From: Leucoraja ocellata
Lineage: Eukaryota
Assembly: GCA_036785375.1 (NCBI GenBank)
Contig: JAWMAR010000013.1
Span: forward strand, 1,612,001-1,676,000
Length of the DNA: 64,000 nt
Direction: 5' to 3'
The position numbers were made by a program, and so were the translations under genes. The notes below the pieces were generated by a model. The model made no database searches and was not told the DNA's origin. It saw only the letters and a list, made by a program, of their open reading frames with translations. Positions 11,540 to 23,206 of the stretch are shown piece by piece (position 1 is the stretch's first letter; every line of letters starts with the position of its first letter).

Positions 11540-11852
11540 CACACTGGTGCAGCTATTAGAGCTGACTCGGAGATCCAGAGACCTGGGTTCGATCCTAACC
11601 TTGGGTGCTATCTGTGTGGAGTTTGCACGTTTTCCCTGTGACCGTGTGGGTTTCCTCCATGTGCTCCAGTTTACTCCCACATCCCAAAGACATGCAAGTT
11701 TGTAGGTTAATTGGCCTCTGTAAATTGTCCTTGGTGTGTAGGGAGTGGAAGCAAAAGTGGGATAACATAAACCTATTGTGAACGGATGATCAGTGGTTGG
11801 CGTGGACTCGGTGGGCTGAAGGGTCTGTTTGGATGTTGTATCTCTAAACTAA
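11540..11852 (+). mobile_element. tRNA-derived V-SINE (HE1-like)
   Basis: B-box GGTTCGATCC at 11586, core gtgtggagtttgcacgtt..ccctgtgaccgtgtgggtttcc, CR1-like tail ending ctaaactaa. Confidence 0.8.
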
Positions 11853-12274
11853 GACCACAAGGAATTGCTTGACGCTAGTGATAGCAGTGCTGATTGATGG
11901 GAATGGTAGAGGCTAGTGAATAGCAGAAGGTATGGCTGGAGATATAAAGATGATTTAAATCTTAAATTACTGGGCGAGGCGAGAAAAAGTAAATTAATGA
12001 TGAAATCGTAAATTACAGAGACGGAATGGTTGATTATCTGAAATAGTAGAATTTGTGTTGAGCTCCAAAATTTGTGATTTTTAATTCAAGTAAGATGCTG
12101 TTCTGGAATTGCCAGAGAGGTGACAGATGAAATTTAATGCTGAGAATTAGAAGGTGTTACATTTTGTTAGGGGAGGATGAAAAGAGGGATTTGAAACAAA
12201 AGTGCAGAATTTGGTTAATTGCCCTGGGTGTAAGCAGGTGGCATAAGAATGAGTTGATTGACATGAAAGAGAAT

Positions 12275-12562
12275 AGATTTAGTTTAGAGATACTGCATGG
12301 AAACAGGCCCTTCGGCCCACCGAATCCGCACCGGCCAACAATCACCCCGTACTCTAGTTCTATCCTACACACAAGGGACAATTTATAGAAGCCAATTAAT
12401 CTACCAACCTGCACATCTTTGGTTGCAGGAGAAAACTAGAGCACCCGGAGAAAACGCACGTGATCACAGGGAGAACGTGTCACCTCTGCACAGTGAGCAC
12501 TCGTAGTCAGGCTCAAACCCGAGCTTCTGGCTCTGTAAGGTAGTAACTAACGCTGCGCCACA
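12275..12562 (-). mobile_element. tRNA-derived V-SINE (HE1-like)
   Basis: Reverse complement of the same family as 11540-11852. Confidence 0.8.
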
Positions 12563-14239
12563 GCGTCATCCGCTATGTTAAAGAGGAATGTGACTGATGG
12601 GAATGCTGTGAGACTGGGCATAGACATTGGTGGACTGAATGGTTTATTTTGTCATAAGAAAAGGTCAGAATATGAAATGGTAACAACTATGAAAGGAGTT
12701 ACAGGAACAAAGATCTGACATTGAATTTTATCAGAAAACAGGGCAGGAGTTGATTACTCAGCCCCTCAAGCCTGCCACACCATTGAATATGATCATGGCT
12801 GATCTATGTTAGTATCAACTCCTCCTCTGTGCCAGTTCCCCATAACCCTCAATTCCTTGATCTTTCTACTATTTATCGATCTCCACCTTAAATTGAATAA
12901 TCTTGTCTTCATCTGGGTCAGAGAATTCCAGAGATTCACCACCCTCTGAGAGAAATAATTTTGCCTTACCTCAGTGTTAAATGAATGGCCCTCTCCGTTA
13001 TAATTATATACATTTTTTCTGCTACTTTATTCCATAGTTTAAATTTTTAATGATTAAAAACGGGGTTTCAAATGGATTGTTTTTCCAAGGTCTTGAGGTG
13101 GACTTGATACTTCTCCCAGACACATGATTTTAGCTAAAGCAAGACTTTGCAATGTGAGTTTGCACTATTAATTTCCAAGGAGATATTGGCAGCCTTTAAA
13201 TTGAAAAATTGCTCAAAAAATGAATCTCTTACAGTTTCAAACAAAATCTGTATGTTCATTCTGCAGAATTACTGGAAGAAAAACAGAAGGACAGTATCAA
13301 GAGTCTAACTCGGGTAAAGTTTCTAACCTGTTTTCTAAGATTATATGCAAAGCCTGTCTTCATCACTCTCCGGGGACTGCCGAGCTCAGTTTTCTATTAT
13401 GTTTCCATTTCCTGCAACTGATCCATGTAACTGTACTAATCACAGCTTCTAGCGACTGACCTTGGCAATACCTCTCATTTCAGCCTCTGATTGGTGTCCC
13501 TGATTAGTCTATAAATACTGATCTTGAATTATCTATTTAGCTTCACTTTTTACAAATTGTTCCCAAGTTATGTCTGCAGTATGGATAATATAGCTGCTGC
13601 ATGTCCATAATCTCTCCTTCCTGATCCATCTCCTGATACAGTAAGAAATGTTGTCCCTAGATGCTGTTTCTGATCGATGCCTCCAAGTTTCTCTGTACTC
13701 ATCCAACTTCACTGCACCTGTTGCACATGAAGGCTCTCAGTTTCCAGATCTTTAATGTCTCTTAATGCTATATCTGAATCTCTGAAATCAGTTTTCAGAT
13801 ATTGTTTTCTGTCCATTTCTCTAATCCTAGTATTTACATTGCACTGATTCCTGCATTTAGTTGAATATTTGTTGCTAAAATCCTTCATCCCTCAAAACAG
13901 TCTGCTAAATCTTCTCTGCATCCTTCCAAAATGTGGTGACCAGAACTGGATGCAGTATTTTAGATATGGTTTAACCATAGCTTTATAAGGTTCAGCATCA
14001 CTTCCTTGCTTTTATACTCAGCGTCTCTATTTGTGAAACTATTTGCTTTGATAATTTTTGCTACTTTCTCAATATGTACTGTTGCTTTCAAAATTGGTGC
14101 AAATCGGATTGTCACGACCCGAAACGTCACCCAGTCCTTCTCTCCAGAGATGCTGCTTGTCCCGCTGAGTTACTCCAACATTTTGTGTCTACCTTAATCA
14201 ATGTGCAGTTATCTCTATTCCTGCACTCAGTTTAAAACT

Positions 14240-15240
14240 AAACACAAATGATGGAGCAACTTAAAGGGTCAGGTAGCATTTGCAGAGGGAATGGACAAGT
14301 GACATTTTGGATCAAGACCCTTCTTCAGGCGGGTAATGAGCTGCGGATGGCACAAGTGATAGGTGGATACATGTGAAGGAGGGTTACATTGGCAGACAGG
14401 TGGACAAAGGCGAGAGACGAAAAGGATACAATGGGTGTGAGATAAAGGGAGTGAAATGTGAAGCCAGAGAGAGGAAGGGATTTAAGTGGAAGGGGTAGGA
14501 TAGTAGGAGAAGTGGGTGCACATCTGGGTGGAACATGGGGAAGAGAGGGGAGGAAAAAAAGTGTGGGGTTGGGTCTTACCTAAAATTGGAGAATTCAATG
14601 TTCAAACAATTGGGTTGTGATCTACCCAAGAGGCATATAAGGTGCTGTTCCTCCAGTTTGCGTCTTGGAGTGAAGGGGCCCCAGGCCAGAAAGGTTGGTA
14701 GGGGAATGAGAAATAGTTAAAATGGTTAGCAACTAGGCAATCCAGCAGGCCTAGGCAGACTGAGTGTTCTGCAAAATGGTGGCCTAGTAGTCTATGCTAC
14801 GTAAAGGAAGTCACATTGGGAGCACCAAATGTGGTAGACGAGGTGAGAGGTGGGGCATCTGAACCTTTGTCTCACCTGGAAGGACTGCTGAGATCCCTGG
14901 ATGGATGTGAGGGAGGAAGTTTAGGGAGAGGTGTTACATCTCCTGCGGTTGCAGAAGGGGTGGTTTAAGTGGGATGGGGTGAGCGAACCAAGGAGTTACA
15001 GAGATAGTCTCTATGGAAAGCATAAAGGGAAGGTGTGAATGATCATGTTGAAGGTGGTACAAATGTCAGTGAACGATGTGTTGGATGGGATTAAAGGTAA
15101 GATCAGAGGAAGTCTATCCTTGTTCCATCTAGGAGGAGGGGGAGCGACAGCAGAACCATGGGATATAGAGCAGATGTGGTTGAGGGATCCATCTACAACA
15201 GCAGGGGGAAACCATGTTTACTAAAGAAAAAGGACATCTT
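14240..15240 (-). mobile_element. Decayed Penelope/Neptune-like retroelement 3' part
   Basis: Reverse complement similar to 37950-38700 (GIY-YIG C-terminus plus pLTR with ctgaagaagggtc motif). Confidence 0.65.
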
Positions 15241-15399
15241 GGGGAGAGAGATGTCTGAGATGGTCAGCGATTGCCCCTCACTTTCCCCCTTCTCCCCCTC
15301 TCTTCCTTATGCCACACCAGGGTGCGCACTCATTTATCCCACAATCCTGCTTTTCTTTCCCCCCACCTTCCACATTATATAAATATTTAGCTTGTTCTT

Positions 15400-16950
15400 G
15401 TATTCTGTGCCTCAGCTAATAAAAGCAAGCATCCTATAAACATTAACCTGCTACCTTGTAATGGTGTTGTGGACATAGAATCCAAGCTCCTCCATTCCTC
15501 CATACATTGTACCCTAGTTCTGTTTGGTCTCTTATATATCGTTGCATTACCAACTGTATCACTTCACTCTTTCCTATATTTAAGTACATTTGCAACTTTT
15601 CTGTCCAACTGACCAAAACATCCATATTTTCCTTCCAACCATATTATCAATTTTTATATAATCTCCAAACTCCTCAAACTGTCCTAAATTATTAATATAC
15701 ATTACAAAAGACAAAGGATTGAATGCAGAACCCTGTGAAATCCAATATTAACATTCCCGTCACAAAACCCATCGAACTTCGCCCTTTGTTTTCTGCCGTT
15801 GAGTCAATTTTGGATCCAATTTGCCACGTTCTTTTGGATCCCTTTTGCATTATTGATCAGTCTGCCGTGCAAAGTCTTGTCGAAACCATTGCCAAGATCC
15901 ACATAAACTATTATCGAATAGAGTGGTTTTGTTGACTCCTTTTATCTCCTCAAAAAATACAATAATTAATCAGACATGACCTGTTCTTAACAAACCGAAG
16001 ATGTCTGCTTTTGGTTAATTTGTGCCTTTCTAAATTAAGGTTTATAACAACCCTCAGAATTGATTCCAAAAATTCATCCTCCATTTAACCAGCTAGCCAG
16101 CTATAATTGTTTGGTTTATTTCGACCTCTATTTTTAGATAATGGTACAACATTAATAGGCCTCAATGCTCTGGGACCATTCCTATTACCAGAGAGGCTTG
16201 AAAATTGTCAGAGCCTCAGCAATTCTCTCCATTACTTCTGTTAACAACTTTATCTGGGCCTGGTTATTTATCTGCTTTCAAAGACGATAAACCCCTTAAT
16301 CCTTTCTCTCTTACTATACCTATTCCTTTGGGTATTTCATACAAGCCTCCATAACAGCAAGTTCAGCATCATCTGTTTCTGCTTTGAAAACTGCTGTAAA
16401 ATATTCATTAAAAACCTTCCCCACATCCTCTGCATTGACATACGGGTTACCTTTATGATCATGTCTTTTTCTTGTTAACCACTTGCTCTTTATGTACATA
16501 AAGCATCTTTGAACTTACTCTAATCTTACTTCCCAGTTTTTTTCCTATGGCCTCTGTGTTTTTCTAATCAGTTTTTTAAATTTCACTCGTACACTCTACT
16601 GAACCACGCTTTCTGCTGAATGAAGCTCCTGCTCTCTCTTATGAGTTTCACTCTTTTACATCCTCTATTTATTTTGCTATCCAATCTAGATTAGGCAGTC
16701 CGATCTCTAATTGTGGGAATATCTTGACTTTGAAAATCCTGAATCTCCTCCCTTAATGCCTCCGATTGCTCCGAGGCTGATTTACCTTCAAGTGATTATT
16801 TCCAGACAGCTTGTGATACTGCTTCAGTCTTGCGAATTTGGCCTTAACCAATTTAGAAACCTTGCTATTTTACCCTCCTTCACTTATGATCGCAACCAAA
16901 CAAATTCTCTCCAAATGACACTCATATCATCTGCCTAGTTTCATTCCCTA
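15400..16950 (-). mobile_element. Highly decayed CR1 ORF2 remnant
   Basis: Scattered minus-strand RT-region words (atccacataaacta, tcagacatgacctg), many disruptions. Confidence 0.5.
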
Positions 16951-17065
16951 AAACAAAATCTTTGTAGACTGGCTAAAAATGTTGTTGTGACATCAGTTTC
17001 GGAGTTCTGGGCCCTTTATGACTTTACACACATTGTAAACCATTTAATAATAGGATAATTATTAA

Positions 17066-17089
17066 CCCCCCCCCCCCCCCCCCCCCCCC
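17066..17089. repeat. Poly-C run (24 nt)
   Basis: Seen directly; a second run of 19 C lies at 37708-37726. Confidence 0.95.
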
Positions 17090-17269
17090 ATTGTCAATCT
17101 GTTTCTTTACACTACATCTCACCTGTGTCTTCCTTTGACCAGGCATTGGATCTGACGAATGTACAGGTACCTCCATCTCTGGTTACTTTATCAATCTCCT
17201 AGTTATATTCTCAGTCTCTTGGCATTCTGCCTAACTTGTGTCTCCAATTCTGCATAGAGTTAGTGTGTC

Positions 17270-17607
17270 ATACTGCACAGAAACAGGCCCTACAATCCAC
17301 CAAGTCTGCGCTGACCATCAAGCATCCATTTACACCAATCCTGTTTTATTCTTCACACATCACATCAACTCCCCAAAGATTCTACCACTCGCCAACATGC
17401 TTGGGGCAATTAATGGTGGCCAATTTATCCATCAGTCCACACGTCTTTGAGATGTGTGCTGAGGATGTAGGATTAGGAAATGCGAACACTCACAGGAAAC
17501 CCACATGATCACAGAGAAAGTGCAAGGCCCACATGGACAGCACCCAAGGTCAGGATTGTACTCTGGTCTTGGCACTGTGAGGCAGCAGCTCTCTAGCTGT
17601 GCCACCC
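17270..17607 (-). mobile_element. V-SINE (HE1-like), older copy
   Basis: aaacccacatgatcacag..cagcacccaaggtcaggatt..gcagcagctct matches the family in reverse. Confidence 0.7.
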
Positions 17608-18325
17608 TACTGTATCCAAATAGAGTAAATCTTTACACAGAGGGTGATGAGTGCCTGCAATGTGCTGCTGGGCTTGGTAGTTGAAGCAGATACGGTTGTG
17701 GCATTTAAAAGACTTGGATATGATGACATTAACCTCATATAATACCAGGCCCACGTTTTTAATTTGAAAAGAGCTCAATAATTTCATCACCTTTGTGGTC
17801 AGTTTCTATTGTGCTCCAAAGGTCACACGATCCATCTATGACTCTACCCCTCTTGTTTTGGATCTCTCCATGTCATGGGATAGGCAAGCACACAGACCCC
17901 CACAGCTGTCCTAATTGTTCTTCCTCCCATCTGCAACATTTCATTCTCCCAGTTCCTTCGTTTCCATCGTGTTTGCCGTGATGATGGGATATTCCACACA
18001 AGTGCCTCTGAAATGTCTATCTTCTTCTACTGTGACTTTTCACTTTGTGATAGCGTCAGAGCCCTTGATTATATCTTGTGATCATCATGATACAGTTTCA
18101 TAGGACTCTGGCTAGATCGCATTTGGAGTATAATGTGCAGTTCGGGTTGCCCCATTACAGGAATGATGTGGAGGCTTTGGAAAGGGTGCAGCGGATGTTT
18201 ACCAGAATGATGGTTGGATTAGGGGGGTATTAGCTACAGGAAGGCATTGGACAGACTTGGATTGTTTTCTCTGGAATGCCAGAGGTTGCAGAGAGACCTG
18301 ATAGAAGCATAAACAATCATGAGAT

Positions 18326-18617
18326 TGCAGCGTTCAGTCTGTAGGCAGAATGTCAAGAGACTGAGATTATAACTAGGAGATTGATAAAGTAACCAGGTGT
18401 TACGTGTTAAGTTGGTCCGCTAACGTAATTATCATTGCTGCTGTAGCTGAGCGAGGTTGTTCTCTCGGGCTCAGCCACCTGTTGACTGCCTAGGTCTCAA
18501 GGTGAGACAAGCTTAAGTAGCAGGACACTCCCCCTAGGCCATGACGTCACGTGCCAGCCCTCGTAGCTACTGATGCGGGTTCTACCATAAGTGGTCTGTG
18601 TATCAGCTGACGCCACA
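18326..18617. mobile_element. Solo LTR inserted in a CR1 fragment
   Basis: TG...CA termini (tgcagcgt / acgccaca, imperfect inverted repeat), 4-bp TSD AGAT (18322-18325 and 18618-18621); host CR1 (about 18100-18960) reads through when the insert is removed. Confidence 0.8.
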
Positions 18618-18959
18618 AGATGCATAGATAAGGTAGACAGTCATAGTCATTTCCCAGGATGGAGAAACCAAATACTAGACGGCATAACATTAAGGTTAGA
18701 ATGGCAAAGTGGCAAAGGAGATGTGCAGGGCAATTGTGTTTTACACAGAGGGTGGTGAGTGCCTGGAATGTGCTGCCGGGTCAGTCGTTGAAACAAATAT
18801 AATAGTGGCATTTAAAGGACTTTTGGATAGACACATGGATGTACAGGGAATGGAAGGATATGGATTATGTGCTGGCAGATAAGTGATGATCTTGGCATCA
18901 TGTTCGGCACAGACATCGTGGGCCAAAGGGCCTATTCTTGTGCTGTACTATTCTACGTC

Positions 18960-19570
18960 CTATTCCCTGCACGACTGCTATCACCTCCTTTCCTCGTGGA
19001 TGGACCAAGAACATAGTTCCCCTGATCCTCACCATCCGTCTCGCCAGCCTCTGCATTTAGCAGATCATCTTTTGTCATTTCTGTCAGCTTCATTGTGATG
19101 CCACCACCAAACACGCACGTCCCTTCCCTTTCTGTGTTTCGAAGGGATCGTTCCCTTTGCTATTCCTTGGTTTGCTCTTCTGTGACTACCTACCACTTTC
19201 CAATGCACCTGCAGGAGATGCATCGCCAGTGCTTTCACCTATTGCCACCATCCAGTAACAGGAACAGTCTTTCCAGGTGAAGCAATGATCCACTTGCACA
19301 TCATCCAACCCAGTGTTCAGGTTTTCACAATGTGGTTTTCTTTATCTTGGAGCTACCAAATGTAGATTGGGTGATTACTTTGTGGAGCACCACGGGAGTG
19401 ATCCTGAACTTCCAGTTGCCTTATGCTTTAATTCCCCATGTCATTTTCAGTCTCCTTGCTTCATTGACCTCCTGCACTGTTACAGGCTAAGTTAAAGCAC
19501 CTCACCTTCTGTATGAACATGTTTGCAGCCTTCTACACTTATCAAATTCTCCAACTGCAGGTAACTCACT
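18960..19570 (+). mobile_element. Decayed Penelope/Neptune GIY-YIG fragment
   Basis: Colinear with 37950-38490; YLGATKCRLGDYFVEH in the ORF track resembles the YIGETKRRLGDRFAEH motif. Confidence 0.65.
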
Positions 19571-20614
19571 TTCTCTCTGACTGACCTTTTCTTTTAGTTC
19601 TTTTGGCTCAGTTTCTCTTTTATTATTTATATAGTCGGGCATGGGCCGGTCCCACGACTTTCCCACGAGCAAAACATTACACAAACCAAGAAACTTAATC
19701 TCATCCGTGCTTTTCTTTAACAGCAGTGTTTACTCATTTGTTCAAAGATATTCCCCTTTGTTCAACCTATCCCTCCTCCACCTTATCTGTGACTGCAAAC
19801 TAACCCTTCAGGGTAAAAAACCTAAAAAGGTTTAATTTTCATCAAAATGAAAAAAATAGGAAAAAGTTTTCACTTGGAGACAATAACAAACTAAACTGAA
19901 ACAAACTTATTTTTCCTATTTTTTCATTTTGATGAAAATGAAAAAAATAGGAAAAATAAGTTAGTTTTAATTTAGTTTGATATTGTCACCAAGTGAAAAC
20001 AATAACAAACTAAACTGAAACTAACTTATTTTTCCTATTTTTTCATTTTGGATGAAGGATACCAGACTTGAAATATCCTTCGACAAGTGCTGCCCGACCT
20101 GCTGAGTATTCCCAGCATTTTCTGTTTTTGTTCCTCTTTATTTCTTTGTCTATATGTGATACTCGTTGATTCTGCTGCACCTGGGCCATGTCTAAAAATC
20201 CAGTAATGAACTTACTTGACTAATTTTGGTCTTTGTGTGCTGAACCTGACTCATTTCTCTCATCTCGCTTTGGCTTTTATTCCATGATATTTTATGGACT
20301 CCACCTAAGCCTCGCTTTAATGCAGAGACCAAGAGATCAAAAGAACATAGAAGCAAAGTAATATGGTATCCCGAGCAAGAATGGACACCTGAGTCTGGTA
20401 AAGCCTTGCTCCGGATACCATATTACTTTGCTTCAATGTTCTTTTGAACGTGATGCTTTTTGAAATATTCTTCAGAGTTTAATTGGATCCAATGAGAATG
20501 AGACAGCAGGTACAGAACTGTTGATTTTTCAGCTCCATCTTGGACAACTGATTCTGATTTGTGCTGTTTTATTGCAGGATTTTGTTGGCCTGAATTTGAA
20601 GCATCAGCCTGACG

Positions 20615-20645
20615 ATGAATGACAAGTGTGCTAGTACTTTTACAG
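20615..20645 (+). CDS. EXD3: EXD3 first coding exon (MNDKCASTFT-G); exon begins at 20578
   Basis: ttttattgcag acceptor, in-frame upstream TGA, gacgATGa start, G|GTATT donor in phase 1 matching the next exon; N-terminus not conserved enough to confirm by homology. Confidence 0.62.
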
Positions 20646-20859
20646 GTATTCTGTGTAACAATGTGACTGTGAAATGTCAGCGCTGGGAATGATCTATTGC
20701 GAGTGATACATGCAGTTAGATGTTTTCTTCACGTTGTTTATTTTTTCCCTACCTTTTTTTGTTCTTTCTGCTATTTCAGCCTCGCACACTGTGGGTTCAT
20801 GGTGACCTATTCTCTGTAACTATGGGGACACAGAAAGCCATTCAGCCCAACGGGCTCAT

Positions 20860-21345
20860 GCGGTAGAGGTTCACCAGACTGTTTCCTGGGATGGCAGAAC
20901 TTTCATGTGAAGAAAGACTGGATAGACTCGGCTTGTACTCGCTAGAATTTAGAAGATTGAGGGGGGATCTTAGAGAAACTTACAAAATTCTTAAGGGGTT
21001 GGACAGGCTAGATGCAGGAAGATTTTTACCGATGTTGGGGAAGTCCAGAACAAGGGGTCACAGTTTAAGGATAAGGGGAAAGTCTTTTAGGACCGAGATG
21101 AGAAAAACATTTTTCACAGATTCACCAGTGGAATTCTTTGCCACAGAAGGTAGTTAAGGCTAGTTCATTGGCTATATTTAAGAGGGAGTTAGATATGGCC
21201 CTTGTGGCTAAAGGGATCAGGGGGTATGGAGAGAAGGCAGGTACAGGATACTGAGTTGGATGATCAGTCATGATCATATTGAATGGCGGTGCAGGCTCGA
21301 AAGGCCGAATGGCCTACTCCTGCACCTATTTTCTATGTTTCTATG
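20860..21345 (+). mobile_element. Young CR1 LINE 3' fragment
   Basis: ORF EERLDRLGLYSLEFRRLRGDL..TRGHSLRIRG, plus 3' UTR and ttctatgt tail. Confidence 0.9.
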
Positions 21346-22353
21346 CCAGATAGGATCAGAGCAATCTCATCAATCCCTTCTTATTTCTGTGTAATCCTAC
21401 AGCCTTTGCTCTTCATATGCCTGTCAACTTCCCCTTCGATTTGCCTTTCTATTTGCCTCTGGTTGGAATAATTTTCAATAGCTAATTCACATTATGTCAG
21501 TTTAGAAACTTTACTCTCAATATATTTGTCGTTTCACACGACTGTGCTAAATGCACCATAAACAAACAGTTGGGGGAACCAAGCGGCCAGGCAGCGTTTG
21601 TGGAGGGAAATGGACAAACAATGTCTTGGGTTAGGACCCTTCTTAAAGTAGGATAAATGTGCCTTAGTTGTGAAAACTATCACAAATTATTTTTTTTAAA
21701 TACCATCACATGAACTGCATATAGTCAAAAATATATAAGATATTCTATATTTACAGAACTATCTAACCAAGAGATGGGCAAATTTTTATTCTGATCACTG
21801 TCCTTGTAATTTGATCACTGTGGACAACTGAATTGAGGGCACAATCACATATAGTTGTGAAAGGTTCTCATAGAGCATGGTTAAATTCACTGTCCTAGAC
21901 CTATAGTAATTGTCGGTGCTGTTAATTAACAGCTCCAAAGTACTGATCCCGGCCTCCATTGCAGTCTGTACGATCTCTCTTTGACTTGTGTGGGTTTTCC
22001 TTTGGTGCTCCAGCTTCTTCTTCCAGCGTGCTGGTTGGGACATTAAATGCCACTGCAAACACCGCCTCTTACTCCCCACTATAATTGTATCAACTTTTGT
22101 GGGTTCACTCTACAGCCTCCTACATTCCAGTGAGAATAAACCCAACCTATCCAATCTCTCCTTCTATCCACATCCGCCATTCCAGGCAACATCCTGGCGA
22201 ATGTCTTCTGCATTTTATGTATTTTCTGTCTGCGTGTGTTTTGAATGTTTGTTGGTTGGGGGCTTCTGGAGGTCTGAATTTCCCTGAGAGGATCAATAAA
22301 GTATTTATTATTATTATTATTCCCTCTGTTGCGATTATATGCTTCCTCTAGTG

Positions 22354-23056
22354 CAGTGTTTCTCAACCTTTTTACCCTTGCGGAACCCTTGAAATAATTT
22401 TCATGTCTCAGGGAACCCCTATATAAATATTATTATATATCTTTATTAAACTCTTTCCTTCTCTTTCTTAAACTTAAAGTTCCTAAGGCTAACACTATAT
22501 ATTTTTCTGATAACCGGTTTAAGCAAAAAATAAAGTACGTTTTTCTCAAGTTTATTGACAATGCAAAAAAAAAACCTGCAATCAAACTGCTTGTTCAAAA
22601 CAAGCAAATAAAGGCAAACAGAAGAACTAACCTTGGAGGAGCGAAAGAGAGAGAGAAAACAACACAAACCTTTCACAAACCAACAAAAACGTACATAAAT
22701 AAACTTTTAATAAACTACCAAAAATAAACATAACCTTACTTAATTTTTTTAAATTCATAAAACATCCATAAATTACGGGAAAATTACTAAATAACGTGGG
22801 TAAATGAGGGACTGTACCTGCACGGCAGGGAGCACGGACAGGACTGATGGAGACCGCCATGCGTCCGTACTCGAGTGAGTCACTTGATGATACACGTGTA
22901 TAATAAAATTACGAATATGAAATGAAACACAAAAATGACTCAAAAATGCATATGATTACATATGATTAGCCTATCTATCACTATTTCTCTCGGAACCCCG
23001 GGCGGCCTCTCGCGGAACCCCCTAGCGTTGCGGGGAACTTCGGTTGAGAAACGCTG
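22354..23056. mobile_element. Non-autonomous hAT (Charlie-like) MITE
   Basis: TIRs CAGTGTTTCTCAACC / GGTTGAGAAACGCTG; 8-bp TSD ctctagtg (22346-22353) and ctccagtg (23057-23064); subterminal ggaaccc repeats. Confidence 0.88.
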
Positions 23057-23206
23057 CTCCAGTGTGACATTCAGAACTGCACACGATACTCTAAAGTGCA
23101 GTCTAAACAATATTTTGTACAATTGCAAATATGACATCCCCACACTTGAATTCAATACCTTGGTCTATTTAAGCAAGCATACCATATGCTTTTTTACACT
23201 AGTTAT

